From: an uncultured Frankineae bacterium | GTDB taxonomy: Bacteria; Actinomycetota; Actinomycetes; Mycobacteriales; SCTD01 | Length of the DNA: 64,000 nucleotides | Direction: 5' to 3' | NCBI GenBank assembly: GCA_902805775.1 | Contig: CADCUB010000104.1 | Span: 3,431 to 67,430, forward strand | Part shown: piece after piece, positions 48,514 to 58,743 of the stretch | Numbering within the stretch: position 1 is the first letter of the stretch | Layout: every line of letters begins with the position of its first letter | The notes under the pieces: model-generated | Told to the model about the DNA's origin: nothing | Seen by the model: only the letters and a program-made list of their open reading frames with translations | Databases searched by the model: none | Translations under genes and position numbers: made by a program

Positions 48514-49512
48514 GTGCTGCGCGTGCTGTTCCTGGGGGGCACGGGCGTCATCAGCGCCGCCTGCGCGCAGCGGGCGGTGGAGGTGGGCCTCGACGTCACC
48601 GCCGTCACGCGCGGGCGCACCGGCAGCCGCCCGCTGCCGCCGCAGGTGCACCGCCTGACCGCCGACGTCGACGACACCCGCGCGCTGGCGGAGGTGCTCG
48701 AGGGGGACTTCGACGCGGTCGTCGACTGGCTGGCCTTCACCCCCGAGCAGGTCCGCGCCCGCACCGACCTCCTGCACGGACGCACCGGGCAGTACGTCTT
48801 CATCAGCTCGGCGTCGGCCTACCAGACCCCGCCGTCGCGGGTGCCGATCACCGAGTCGACGCCGTTGCGCAACCCCTTCTGGGCCTACTCCCGGGACAAG
48901 ATCGCCTGCGAGGACCTGCTCGTGCGGCTGTCCCGCGAGCAGGACCACCCGGTCACGATCGTGCGGCCGTCGCACACCTACGACCGCACCCTGGTCCCCT
49001 TCGACGCCGGGTGGACCTTCGTCGAGCGGCTGCGCCGGGGCGTGCCGGTCGTCGTGCACGGCGACGGGACCTCGCTGTGGACGCTCACCCACGCCCGCGA
49101 CTTCGCCCGCGGCTTCGTGGGTCTGCTCGGCCATCCCCGCACGCTCGGCGAGGCGTTCCACCTCACCTCCGACGACGTGCTGACCTGGGACCAGATCGCC
49201 GAGGCGCTGGCGCGCGCGGCCGGTGTGCCGGCGCGCATCGTCCACGTGACCTCCGACGCCATCGCGGCCGCCGACCCGGAGTGGGGCGCCGGGCTGCTGG
49301 GCGACAAGGCGCACTCCTCGGTCTTCGACAACCGCAAGGTGCGCTCGGTCGTGCCGGACTTCGTGGCGACCACCCCCTTCGAGCAGGGCGCGCGCGAGAT
49401 CGTCGCCTGGCACGACGAGGACCCCGCCCGACGGGTCGTCGACCCGCGGGCCGACGCGCTGCAGGACGCGCTGGTGCAGCGGTACGGCCTCCCGCGGGAC
49501 GCGGACGGCTGA
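48514..49512 (+). CDS. NAD-dependent epimerase/dehydratase family protein
   Basis: 332 aa from the GTG at 48514. VLFLGGTGVIS Rossmann motif and catalytic YSRDK (YxxxK). Confidence 0.85.
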   Translation: MLRVLFLGGTGVISAACAQRAVEVGLDVTAVTRGRTGSRPLPPQVHRLTADVDDTRALAEVLEGDFDAVVDWLAFTPEQVRARTDLLHGRTGQYVFISSASAYQTPPSRVPITESTPLRNPFWAYSRDKIACEDLLVRLSREQDHPVTIVRPSHTYDRTLVPFDAGWTFVERLRRGVPVVVHGDGTSLWTLTHARDFARGFVGLLGHPRTLGEAFHLTSDDVLTWDQIAEALARAAGVPARIVHVTSDAIAAADPEWGAGLLGDKAHSSVFDNRKVRSVVPDFVATTPFEQGAREIVAWHDEDPARRVVDPRADALQDALVQRYGLPRDADG

Positions 49513-49522
49513 CCCGGGGCTG

Positions 49523-51280
49523 TCAGACGAGCAGCTGCCGGGCAGCCAGGTCGCGGTACAGCGGTGAGCCGGCGACCAGCTCGTCGTGCGTGCCGGTCGC
49601 GGCGACCCGGCCGTCCTCGAGGACGACGATGCGGTCGGCGTCGACGACCGTCGAGAGCCGGTGCGCGACGACCAGCACCGTGGTGCCGGGCCCGATCGCG
49701 GCGACCGCGTCGGCGAGCGCCTGCTCGTTGCGGGCGTCCAGGCTCGCGGTCGGCTCGTCGAGCAGCAGCACCGACGGGCGGGTCAGCAGCGCCCGGGCGA
49801 TGGCCAGGCGCTGCCGCTGGCCGCCCGACAGCAGGATCCCGTCGTCCCCGACCTGCGCGTCGAGCCCGCTGCGGCTGCGCTCGACGAGCTCGCCGAGGTT
49901 GACCCGGTCGAGCACCTGCAGCAGGTCGGCGTCATCGGCGGACGGCGCGCCGAGCAGGAGGTTGTCGCGCAGCGAGCCGGCCAGCGCAGGAGCGTCCTGC
50001 TCGACGTAGGCCATCCGCGCCCGCAGCTGGTCCCTGTCGACGTCACGCACGTCGCGACCGGCGACACAGACGCTGCCGCCCGTCACGTCGTAGAACCGCT
50101 CGAGCAGGGCCAGCACGGTCGACTTGCCCGCGCCGGAGGGCCCGACCAGCGCCGTGCGCCGTCCGGCGGGCGCCGTGAAGGTCACGCCGCGCAGGACCGG
50201 CGCGCCGGTGCCGGAAGCCGACTCCGGGTCCGGGTAGGCGAAGGACACGTCGGAGAAGGTGATCTCGACCGGCTGTCCGTCGGCGGGGACGTCCTGTCCC
50301 GGGTCGTCGGCCGTCTCCTCCGGCAGGGACAGGACCTCCTCGATCCGGGCGAGCGCGCCGAGCCCGGTCTGCACGGCGCTGTAGGCCGAGATGCCGCTCG
50401 CGAGCGGCTGCACCAGCAGGAACAGCAGCAGCACGAACGCCACCAGGTCCGCCACCGCGATCTGGCCGGCGGCGACCCTCGCGCCACCGATGCCCAGGAC
50501 GGCCAGGAAGGCCCCCTGGGCGGAGATGGACGCGACCGGCCCGAGGACCGCCTCGAGGCGCGCGAGGTGCAGTCCCGCGTCGAAGGCCTCGCGCGACGAC
50601 GCGTCGACGGCCTGCGCCTCCCGGTCCTCGGCCCGCGCCGCGCGGATGGTCCGCACGCCGGACAGCGCCCGCTCGACCCCCGCGGTCATCGCGCCGACCG
50701 CCGTCTGCGCGGCCAGCGACGCCCTGCGCAGCCGGCGCACGACGAGCGCGGCGCCGCTGAGCCCGAAGACGACGGCGAGCACCGTCACACCGAGCAGCAC
50801 CGGGTCGACGAACGCCATCGCTGCGAGCGCGCCGCAGGCGACGACGACCCCGGAGACCAGGTCGACCAGGCCGGAGGTCACCACCGTCCGCAGCAGGGTG
50901 GTGTCGGCGCCCACCCGGGAGATCAGGTCGCCCGTGCGCCTGCGGTCGAGCTCGGCGATGGGCAGCCGGAGCAGCCGGCGGGCCAGGGCGGTGCGGGTCG
51001 ACAGGACCAGCGCCTCCCCCGTGCGCTGCAGGACGTAGCGCTGCACACCCGACAGCGCCGCCGCGACCAGCAGGGCGGCGGCGGCCACCACGGCCAGCCC
51101 CGCGACCGGACGGGAGTCCTCGATCGCGGCGATCACCCTGCGCACCAGCAGCGGCTGGGCCAGGGCGGCGGCGGCGCCGACGAACGCCAGGCCCACGGCG
51201 AGGGCGAGCGCGGGGCGGTGCGGCCGCAGGAGCCGCCACAGGGTCCCGAGGCCGGCCGGGGCCGGCTCCTGCGGGCTCAC
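49523..51280 (-). CDS. ABC exporter, fused permease/ATPase (MsbA/type I exporter-like)
   Basis: 585 aa. Six N-terminal TM segments, Walker A GPSGAGKST, signature LSGGQRQRL, Walker B LLLDEPTASLD. GTG overlaps the upstream stop (GTGA). Confidence 0.9.
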   Translation of the reverse strand: MSPQEPAPAGLGTLWRLLRPHRPALALAVGLAFVGAAAALAQPLLVRRVIAAIEDSRPVAGLAVVAAAALLVAAALSGVQRYVLQRTGEALVLSTRTALARRLLRLPIAELDRRRTGDLISRVGADTTLLRTVVTSGLVDLVSGVVVACGALAAMAFVDPVLLGVTVLAVVFGLSGAALVVRRLRRASLAAQTAVGAMTAGVERALSGVRTIRAARAEDREAQAVDASSREAFDAGLHLARLEAVLGPVASISAQGAFLAVLGIGGARVAAGQIAVADLVAFVLLLFLLVQPLASGISAYSAVQTGLGALARIEEVLSLPEETADDPGQDVPADGQPVEITFSDVSFAYPDPESASGTGAPVLRGVTFTAPAGRRTALVGPSGAGKSTVLALLERFYDVTGGSVCVAGRDVRDVDRDQLRARMAYVEQDAPALAGSLRDNLLLGAPSADDADLLQVLDRVNLGELVERSRSGLDAQVGDDGILLSGGQRQRLAIARALLTRPSVLLLDEPTASLDARNEQALADAVAAIGPGTTVLVVAHRLSTVVDADRIVVLEDGRVAATGTHDELVAGSPLYRDLAARQLLV

Positions 51281-51723
51281 TGCTTGGCGCGCGACACCAG
51301 GACCGGGCAGGGCGCGGAGTGCTGCACCCGCTGGGCCGTGCTGCCCAGCAGGATGGTGTCGCTCAGGCCGCCGCTGCCGCTCGCGACGACGATGAGGTCG
51401 GCCCCGACCTCCTCGGCCGCCCGGACGATCTCGGCCGCCGGCGAGCCGCTCAGGACGCGCCGGTGCACCGCGGCGACCCCCCAGCCCTCGAACTCCGCTG
51501 CCACGACGCCGACGGCGGCGGCCGCCTCCTCGCGGAAGCTGAGCGAGGTCGGGTCGGCCGGCTTCGGGCCGCCCAGCTCGTTGGCGAACGGGACCGTGGC
51601 CAGCGGGCTGATCACGGCGACGACGGACACCTCGTCGACCTTGGTGGCGTCGGCGAAGGACATGAGCTGACGGGCAGCCACCAGGGACTGGCGGGACCCG
51701 TCGGTGGCGGCCAGCACGTGCAC
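51277..51723 (-). CDS. Universal stress protein (UspA family)
   Basis: 148 aa. DLIVVASGSGGLSDTILLGSTAQRVQHSAPCPVLV. Starts 1 nt after the permease stop. Confidence 0.85.
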   Translation of the reverse strand: MHVLAATDGSRQSLVAARQLMSFADATKVDEVSVVAVISPLATVPFANELGGPKPADPTSLSFREEAAAAVGVVAAEFEGWGVAAVHRRVLSGSPAAEIVRAAEEVGADLIVVASGSGGLSDTILLGSTAQRVQHSAPCPVLVSRAKQ

Positions 51724-51724
51724 G

Positions 51725-53134
51725 TCAGGCCCCCCCGCCGGTCGGCAGGCCGGTGCGGCTGCGGCCGGCCAGCAGGCGCTGCACGAGGTACAGCACGACG
51801 CCCACCGCGAGCAGCCCGGCCACCCAGAACAGCGAGCGCGGGTCGTCGATGACGACGTAGCCGAGCAGGACGGCGTTGCCGAGCACCCCGAGGTAGAGCA
51901 GCGGCGTGTTGGCGCGGTAGGAGTCGGCCGTCTCGCCCTGTCCGCGCAGCTTGAGCGCCGACACGATCACGAGGGCGTAGATGAACAGCAGGAACACGAC
52001 GGTCACCGTGGCGAGCCGCCCGACCACGTCCAGGCTGTCGTCCACCCGGCTGAGGAGGTCGCCGATGATCAGCAGCGACGCGACGACCACCGCGGAGAAG
52101 ACCAGCGCGACGTACGGGCTGCGGCGCGCGGGGTGGACCCGGGCGAACACCGCCGGGACGACGTCCTCGTGGGCCATCCCGTAGAGGATCCGCGACTGGG
52201 TCACCACCGAGACCAGCGTGGTGTTGGTGATGGCGATCATGGCGATGACCGCGAAGACGTTGAGCATCACGGCGGCCGAGCCCGGCAGGACGTCGGCGCG
52301 GACCACCTCCAGCAGGGCCGCGTCGGCCCCGGCCAGCGTGCCGACGGGGACCACGAGGGCGGCCGAGACGGCGACGAGGACGTAGATGACGCCGGCGGCG
52401 ACCATCCCGCCGATCAGAGCCCGCGGGAAGGTCTTGGAGGGGTTGATGGTCTCCTCGGCCACGTTCGCGGCGTTCTCGAAGCCGGTCATCGCGAAGAAGG
52501 CCAGCGCCACTCCGGCGACGATCGCGAAGATCGGGTTGCCCTCCGCGGTGAACGACGTCAGCACGCCGAAGTCGGCGTCGCCCCGCGCCACGACGATCAC
52601 GCCGATGATCATCACCAGCACGAGACCGGAGATCTCGACGAAGGTCATCACCATGTTGACGACGACCGACTCGGTGATGCCGATGAAGTTCACGATCGTC
52701 AGCACGACGATGAAGGCCAGCGTCACCAGCAGGGTGGGCACCAGCTCGAACAGGGTCCCGAAGTAGCGCGCGAAGCCGGTGGCCAGCGAGCCGGAGGCCG
52801 CGAAGACCGCCGACAGGGAGCAGATGGTGATCAGGAAGGTGAGGACCGGGTTGCGGAAGGCCTTGTTGACGTAGAGGGAGGCGCCGGCCGCCCGCGGGAA
52901 CTTCGTCGCCAGCTCCGCGTAGGCCAGTCCGGTGATCGTGGCCAGCGTGACCCCTGCTGCGAAGGCGATCCAGAAGGCGCCGCCGACCGCGCCGGCGACC
53001 AGGCCGATCAGGACGTAGACCCCCGACCCCAGCACGTCCCCGAGGACGTAGAAGAACAGCAGCCGGCCGGTGATCGACCGCGTCAGCTCGCCGGACGGGG
53101 CACCGGCCGGGGCAGCGGCCGCGGGGCTCGACAT
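51725..53134 (-). CDS. APC-superfamily amino acid permease (paralogue of 31594..33000)
   Basis: 469 aa. VLGDVLGSGVYVLIG and FAMTGFENAANVAEETINP. Collinear with the other permease. Confidence 0.85.
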   Translation of the reverse strand: MSSPAAAAPAGAPSGELTRSITGRLLFFYVLGDVLGSGVYVLIGLVAGAVGGAFWIAFAAGVTLATITGLAYAELATKFPRAAGASLYVNKAFRNPVLTFLITICSLSAVFAASGSLATGFARYFGTLFELVPTLLVTLAFIVVLTIVNFIGITESVVVNMVMTFVEISGLVLVMIIGVIVVARGDADFGVLTSFTAEGNPIFAIVAGVALAFFAMTGFENAANVAEETINPSKTFPRALIGGMVAAGVIYVLVAVSAALVVPVGTLAGADAALLEVVRADVLPGSAAVMLNVFAVIAMIAITNTTLVSVVTQSRILYGMAHEDVVPAVFARVHPARRSPYVALVFSAVVVASLLIIGDLLSRVDDSLDVVGRLATVTVVFLLFIYALVIVSALKLRGQGETADSYRANTPLLYLGVLGNAVLLGYVVIDDPRSLFWVAGLLAVGVVLYLVQRLLAGRSRTGLPTGGGA

Positions 53135-53143
53135 GCAGTCGTT

Positions 53144-54016
53144 CTACTCGCCCCGTGTGTCCGGCACGTCACCGGGTCCTTGCGGCGGGTGCACCTCGCG
53201 GGCCGCCCAGTCGGCGAAGGAGGTCGGCGGCCGGCCGAGCGCCCGCGAGACGCCGTCGGACAGGTGGGCGTCGGAGCCGTCCCGGATCAGGCCGAACAGC
53301 GCACCCAGCATCGCGGCGTAGCCGTCGGGCACGCCGTTCGCGCCGGCGCCCGCGACCCACTGCTCGACCGGCAGGTCGACGTGCACGACCGGCCGGCCGG
53401 TGCGTCCGCCGAGGACGGCCGCCGCCTCGGCGAAGGTCAGCGCCTGCGGACCGGACAGGTCGTAGGCGCCGGGCCCGACCTCGCCGGTCAGGGCGGCGGC
53501 GGCCACCGCGGCGATGTCGGCGGCGTCGATGAAGGGCTCGGCGCCGCTGCCGGTCGGCGCGACGACGGCGCCGTCGGCGACCCCGGGTGCGAAGAAGGAC
53601 TCGGTGAAGTTCTGCATGAACCACGTCGGACGGACCACGGTCACCGGCAGCCCGGCGGTGGCGACCGCCGCCTCGGCCTGCCGCAGCGGGTTGTCCGGCC
53701 CCGCGTCGACGCCGCGCGCCGACAGCAGCACCAGTCGCTGCACGCCCGCGTCCGCCGCCCGCCGGGCCAGGTCGGCGATGAGCGGCGGGTGGTCGGTGCG
53801 CAGGGCGGGCGGCACGACGTAGACCGCCGACGCACCGGCGAGGGCGGGGTCGTGCGTCGCCGGGTCGTCCCAGTCGAAGCGGACGGGTTCCACCGAGTCC
53901 GCGGCCGGCCCGGGCGTGCGGGCGGCGGCGCGGGCGGTGTGGCCCTGCGCGGTGAGCAGGTCGAGGACGCGGCGACCGGTCTTGCCGGTGCCGCCGAGGA
54001 CGAGGAAGAGGCTCAT
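53144..54016 (-). CDS. NmrA-family NAD(P)-binding protein
   Basis: 290 aa from the ATG at 54016. MSLFLVLGGTGKTG. The track ORF 53144..54430 is over-extended. Confidence 0.8.
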   Translation of the reverse strand: MSLFLVLGGTGKTGRRVLDLLTAQGHTARAAARTPGPAADSVEPVRFDWDDPATHDPALAGASAVYVVPPALRTDHPPLIADLARRAADAGVQRLVLLSARGVDAGPDNPLRQAEAAVATAGLPVTVVRPTWFMQNFTESFFAPGVADGAVVAPTGSGAEPFIDAADIAAVAAAALTGEVGPGAYDLSGPQALTFAEAAAVLGGRTGRPVVHVDLPVEQWVAGAGANGVPDGYAAMLGALFGLIRDGSDAHLSDGVSRALGRPPTSFADWAAREVHPPQGPGDVPDTRGE

Positions 54017-54089
54017 GCGTCGATCACACGTTCCGGCCGTGGACGACGCCAGGGGTGATCGTGCCCTGTGCATGTGCGATCGTCTCGTC

Positions 54090-55007
54090 ATGGACGTCCT
54101 CGCCGACCTGCTCGGCCGTGCCCGCGCGTCGGGCGCGCTGTTCGCCCGCACCGACCTGCACGGCGCGGGCGGCATCGTGCTGCCGGCCACGGCGCCGCTC
54201 AGCCTGCACGTCGTGAGCCGCGGACGGCTCCACCTGGTCGCCGAGGAGGCGGTCACCTGCCTGGAGGAGGGCGATGTCGTGCTCGTGCGGCAGCCGACCG
54301 TCGTCTCGCTGCTGGCGGCCGAGCGGGAGCCGGCCGAGCCCCTCGCCGCGCTGCTGGCCCGTCCCGGGGCTCCGCCGCCCGGGCCGGGGGTGCGCCACCT
54401 CGTGCTGCCGGGGCAGGGGCCGCCGGCCACCCTGCTGTGCGGGGCCTACGCGCTGGCCGGCTCGGTGTGCGACCGGCTGCTCGTCGCGCTGCCCCCGGTG
54501 GTGCACGTGCGGGCCGAGGGCCGGCTCGGCCGCGTGGTGCAGCTGCTCGTCGAGGAGCTGGACGCCGACGAGCCCGGGCAGCAGACGGCCCTGGACCGGC
54601 TGCTCGACCTGCTGCTGGTGCACGTCCTGCGCGCGCACTTCGCCGAGCGTCCGGCGCCCCGCTGGTACGCCGGCATGGCCGACCCGGTCGTCGGTCGAGC
54701 GCTGCGCGCGGTGCACGCCGACCCGGCCCGGGCGTGGACCGTCGAGGGCCTCGCGCGCCTGGCCGGGCTGTCGCGCGCGGCGTTCGCCCGCCGCTTCACC
54801 GCGCTGGTCGGCGAGCCGCCGCTGGCCTACGTGACCGGCTGGCGGATGGCTCTCGCGCAGGACGCCCTGCGGCGTGAGGGCAGCACCCTGGCCGCGGTGG
54901 CCCGCGAGGTCGGCTACGGCAGCGAGTTCGCGCTGTCGGCCGCGTTCACCCGACACGTCGGCGAACCGCCGAGCCGGTGGCGGGCCAAGGCCCGCGCCGC
55001 GGGCTGA
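54090..55007 (+). CDS. AraC-family transcriptional regulator (cupin-type N-terminal domain)
   Basis: About 305 aa from the ATG at 54090. C-terminal double HTH WTVEGLARLAGLSRAAFARRF ... VAREVGYGSEFALSAAFTRHVG. Confidence 0.85.
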   Translation: MDVLADLLGRARASGALFARTDLHGAGGIVLPATAPLSLHVVSRGRLHLVAEEAVTCLEEGDVVLVRQPTVVSLLAAEREPAEPLAALLARPGAPPPGPGVRHLVLPGQGPPATLLCGAYALAGSVCDRLLVALPPVVHVRAEGRLGRVVQLLVEELDADEPGQQTALDRLLDLLLVHVLRAHFAERPAPRWYAGMADPVVGRALRAVHADPARAWTVEGLARLAGLSRAAFARRFTALVGEPPLAYVTGWRMALAQDALRREGSTLAAVAREVGYGSEFALSAAFTRHVGEPPSRWRAKARAAG

Positions 55008-55024
55008 CGGGCGTCGGGGGCCGC

Positions 55025-56641
55025 TCAGGCCTGCGCGTCGGCGTCGGCGAGCCCGGCGTGCCGCTCGCGCAGCTCGCGCTTGAGGATCTTGCCGCTCGGG
55101 TTCTTCGGCAGGCTGTCGGCGAGGACGACGTACTTGGGTCGCTTGTAGCCGGCCAGGTGGTCGCGCACGTGCGCCCGGACGTGGTCGACGTCGAGCCGGG
55201 CACCCGGCTTGGGCACGACCACGGCCGTGACGGCCTCGATCCAGTGGGGGTGGCGGATGCCGAACACCGCCACCTCCGCGACGCCGTCGAGCGCGTAGAT
55301 GGTCTCCTCGACCTCGCGGCTGGCGACGTTCTCCCCACCTGTCTTGATCATGTCCTTCTTGCGGTCGACCACCGACAGGTAGCCGTCCTCGGTCATGACG
55401 CCCAGGTCACCGGAGTGGAACCAGCCGTTGCGGAAGGCGGCGGCCGTCTTGTCCTCGTCCCGGTAGTAGCCCAGCGCCGCGTGCGGACTGCGGTGGACGA
55501 TCTCCCCGACCTGACCCGGCGCGACCGGCGAGTCGTCGTCGTCCACGCAGCGGGTCTCGACGTTGACGGCGGCGCGCCCGGCGGAGCCGGCTCGGGCCAG
55601 CTGCTCGTGCGGTCGCAGGATGGTGGCCAGCGGCGCCATCTCGGTCTGGCCGTAGAAGTTCCACAGCCGCACGTCGGGGAGCCGCTGCTGCAGCTCGCGC
55701 AGGACCTCCACCGGCATGGCGGAGGCGCCGTAGTAGCCCTTGCGCAACGACGACAGGTCGCGGCGGTCGAAGTCGGGGCAGCGCAGCAGCGAGATCCACA
55801 CGGTGGGCGGGCAGAACAGCTTCGTGACGCCCTCCCGCTCGACCGTCTCCAGCAGGGCGACGGGGTCCGGTCCGGGCAGGATGACGCTGGTCGCCCCGAG
55901 GTAGACGTCGACGCTGAAGAAGCAGTCGAGCTGGGCGCAGTGGTACATCGGCAGGGCGTGCGCCTCGACGTCGTCGCCGTCCATGCCGCCGTCGAGCGCG
56001 CAGCTGACGTACTGCGCGACGAGCGAGCGGCTGGACAGCATCACCCCCTTCGGACGCGACTCCGTGCCGGAGGTGTACATCAGGCGCAGCGGGTCGTCGT
56101 CGCCGACGGACACGTCCGGGTCGGAGGCGTCGCCCGAGGCGATCCAGCCGTCGACGTCCTCCCACCCGTCCTGCGCGGCCGTGCCGTGCAGCCCGATCCA
56201 CCCGCGCAGGCCGTCCGGGCGGCCGGCGGCGGCGAGGGCGGCCACCGCCGTCGCGGCCAGGGCGTCCTCCACGATCACGCCGGACGCGTCGGAGTGCTCG
56301 AGGATGAAGCCGACCTCCTCGGGGCCCAGCATGAAGTTGACGGGTACGAGCACCACGCCGATCTTCGCGGTGGCGAAGGCGAGCACCGCGTACTGCCAGC
56401 AGTTGTGCGACAGCAGGGCCAGCCGGTCACCCTTGGCCAGGCCCCGGGCCGACAGCGCGTTGGCCACCCGGTTGGCCGCCGCGTCGAACTCGGCGAAGGT
56501 GGCGCGCCGCGCGCCGTCGACGACAGCGAGCTTGTCCGGGTAGCGCAGCGCGGTGCGGCGCAGCAGGTCCCCCACCGAGTGCTGCCGTGCACGGGCGATC
56601 GACGCGGCGGTCGCGGGGGTGAAGGACGTGAGGGAGCTCAT
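55025..56641 (-). CDS. AMP-dependent acyl-CoA synthetase/ligase
   Basis: 538 aa from the ATG at 56641. AMP-binding motif MYTSGTESRPKG, YGQTE, GWFHSGD, C-terminal PSGKILKRELR. Confidence 0.9.
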   Translation of the reverse strand: MSSLTSFTPATAASIARARQHSVGDLLRRTALRYPDKLAVVDGARRATFAEFDAAANRVANALSARGLAKGDRLALLSHNCWQYAVLAFATAKIGVVLVPVNFMLGPEEVGFILEHSDASGVIVEDALAATAVAALAAAGRPDGLRGWIGLHGTAAQDGWEDVDGWIASGDASDPDVSVGDDDPLRLMYTSGTESRPKGVMLSSRSLVAQYVSCALDGGMDGDDVEAHALPMYHCAQLDCFFSVDVYLGATSVILPGPDPVALLETVEREGVTKLFCPPTVWISLLRCPDFDRRDLSSLRKGYYGASAMPVEVLRELQQRLPDVRLWNFYGQTEMAPLATILRPHEQLARAGSAGRAAVNVETRCVDDDDSPVAPGQVGEIVHRSPHAALGYYRDEDKTAAAFRNGWFHSGDLGVMTEDGYLSVVDRKKDMIKTGGENVASREVEETIYALDGVAEVAVFGIRHPHWIEAVTAVVVPKPGARLDVDHVRAHVRDHLAGYKRPKYVVLADSLPKNPSGKILKRELRERHAGLADADAQA

Positions 56642-56661
56642 GCCGCGAGCATCCCCCTCGC

Positions 56662-57474
56662 TCACGGCGCCGTCGAGGAGTCCGCGGTCCCTGCGGCACT
56701 GGGGAACGCCGGCGGGCGCTTGGCGAGGAACGCCGCGACCCCCTCGCGCCCGTCGGGGCCTGCTGCGCACGCCCGGACCGACAGGGTCTCGCGCCGCAGC
56801 GCCCCCTCCTCCCACGGCACCGCCACCTCGCGCAGCAGGCGCTTCGCGGCGACCTGGGCCGTGCGCGACCCGGCGAGCAGCGTCGTCACGACGCGGTCGA
56901 CCGCGGCGTCGAGCTCGTCGTCGGGGTGGACCTCGGCGACGAGTCCGGCGGCCCGGGCCTGCTCGGCGGTCAGGACCGGGTTGAGCAGCGCCAGGTGCAG
57001 GGTCCGGTGCAGCCCGAGCGAGGCCGTGAGCAGCGAGCTGCCACCGTCCGGCGAGAAGCCGATCCTGGTGTAGGCCAGGGTGAACCGGGCCGAGGCGCCG
57101 GCCAGGACGAGGTCGGCGGCAGCGGCGAGCGGCACGCCCGCGCCCGCTGCTGTCCCGTGCACCGCCGAGACGACGACGGCGTCCATGCGGTGCAGGTCGC
57201 TGACGGTGCGGTGCAGCGTCTCGGCGAGGTCGTCGACCAGCTGCTCGGGGTCGTCGGCCGACGCGAACGCACCGACGTCGCCTCCGAAGCTGAACGCCCG
57301 GCCCTCCCCCCGCAGCACCACGACCCGGGCGTCGTCGGCCCGGGCCCGGCGCACGGCCTGCAGCAGGTCGGTCGCCGTCGGCGGGTCCAGCGGGTTGCCG
57401 CGGTCGGCGGCGGTGAGCGTGATGCGCGCGGCGCCGCCGTCGAGCTCGTAGCGCACGAGCGCGCTTCCGCTCAC
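56662..57474 (-). CDS. Enoyl-CoA hydratase/isomerase (crotonase) family protein
   Basis: 270 aa from the GTG at 57474 (GTGA overlap). VVVLRGEGRAFSFGGD and AVHGTAAGAG oxyanion-hole segments. Confidence 0.85.
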   Translation of the reverse strand: MSGSALVRYELDGGAARITLTAADRGNPLDPPTATDLLQAVRRARADDARVVVLRGEGRAFSFGGDVGAFASADDPEQLVDDLAETLHRTVSDLHRMDAVVVSAVHGTAAGAGVPLAAAADLVLAGASARFTLAYTRIGFSPDGGSSLLTASLGLHRTLHLALLNPVLTAEQARAAGLVAEVHPDDELDAAVDRVVTTLLAGSRTAQVAAKRLLREVAVPWEEGALRRETLSVRACAAGPDGREGVAAFLAKRPPAFPSAAGTADSSTAP

Positions 57475-58709
57475 TGGACGACCCGGCCGGGCGGCAGCAC
57501 CGGCGTCCGGCCGAGCTCGGCCTTGGCGATCGAGCGCAGGTGCACCTCGTCCGGGCCGTCGAACAAGCGCATGGCACGGTGCCAGCCGTACATGACGGGA
57601 AGGGGCGAGACGTCGGTCACGCCCGCGCCGCCGTGCACCTGGATCGCCCGGTCGATGACGGCGGTGGCGGCGCGCGGCACGGCGACCTTCGCGAGTGCCA
57701 CGAGGGTGCGGGCGGCCTTGTTGCCCTCGGTGTCGATGACCTGGCAGGCGCGGTGGCACAGCAGCCGCGCCTGCTCGATCTCCAGGCGCGACTCGGCGAT
57801 GTGCGACTGGACGACGCCCTGGTCGGCCAGCGGCCCGCCGAAGGCCACCCGGTCCTGGGCACGCTGCACCAGCAGGGCCAGCGCGCGCTCGGCGGCGCCG
57901 AGCGCGCGCATGCAGTGGTGGATGCGGCCGGGGCCGAGACGTGCCTGGGCAGCGGCGAAACCGCCGCCCTCCTCACCGACCACGTTCGTGACGGGCACCC
58001 GGACGCCGTCGAAGCGCACCTCGGCGTGCCCGTGCTGGTCGGAGTGGCCGAACACCGGCAGGTCGCGGACCACGGTGACCCCGGGGGTGTCCCGGGGGAC
58101 GATGACCATGGTCTGCTGCCGGTGCGTCGGCGCCGCAGGGTCGGTCTTGCCCATGACGATCAGCACGGCGCAGCGGGGGTCCATCGCCCCGCTGGTCCAC
58201 CACTTGCGGCCCGAGATGACGTAGTCGTCGCCGTCGCGCTCGATGCGGGTCGCGATGTTGGTCGCGTCGCTGCTCGCGACGTCGGGCTCGGTCATCGCGA
58301 ACGCCGAGCGGATGTGGCCGGCGAGCAGCGGCTCGAGCCACTCGCTCCTCTGCTGGGCCGTCCCGAGCAGGTGCAGCAGCTCCATGTTGCCGGTGTCCGG
58401 GGCCTGGCCGTTGATCGCCTCGGGCGCCAGGTCGTTGCTCCACCCCGACAGCTCGGCGATGGGGGCGTACTCCAGCTGCGTCAGCCCGGACTCCGACGGC
58501 AGGAACAGGTTCCACAGCCCCAGGTCCTGCGCGGTCTTCTTGAGCTGCTCGACCACGGGCGGGACGACGTGGTCACCCGGCCCCGCCTGCTGCCGGTGAG
58601 CGAGGTAGTCGGCCTCCGCCGGCAGGACGTGCTCGCGCATGAAGGCCAGCATGCGTTCGTGCAGCTCGGCCGCACGGGCTGACGGCGCGGCGAGGGCGGG
58701 ATCGGTCAC
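57471..58709 (-). CDS. Acyl-CoA dehydrogenase-fold enzyme of the ACAD10/11 / FadE2-like type
   Basis: 412 aa. AMTEPDVASSD, RKWWTSG, QVHGGAG. The usual catalytic-base segment reads RLFDGPDEVH (Asp-Gly-Pro) instead of x-E-G-T. SD GGAGGA. Confidence 0.85.
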   Translation of the reverse strand: MTDPALAAPSARAAELHERMLAFMREHVLPAEADYLAHRQQAGPGDHVVPPVVEQLKKTAQDLGLWNLFLPSESGLTQLEYAPIAELSGWSNDLAPEAINGQAPDTGNMELLHLLGTAQQRSEWLEPLLAGHIRSAFAMTEPDVASSDATNIATRIERDGDDYVISGRKWWTSGAMDPRCAVLIVMGKTDPAAPTHRQQTMVIVPRDTPGVTVVRDLPVFGHSDQHGHAEVRFDGVRVPVTNVVGEEGGGFAAAQARLGPGRIHHCMRALGAAERALALLVQRAQDRVAFGGPLADQGVVQSHIAESRLEIEQARLLCHRACQVIDTEGNKAARTLVALAKVAVPRAATAVIDRAIQVHGGAGVTDVSPLPVMYGWHRAMRLFDGPDEVHLRSIAKAELGRTPVLPPGRVVQ

Positions 58710-58743
58710 GGTGTCCTCCGGGACGGGTGGTCAGGCTGGGACG

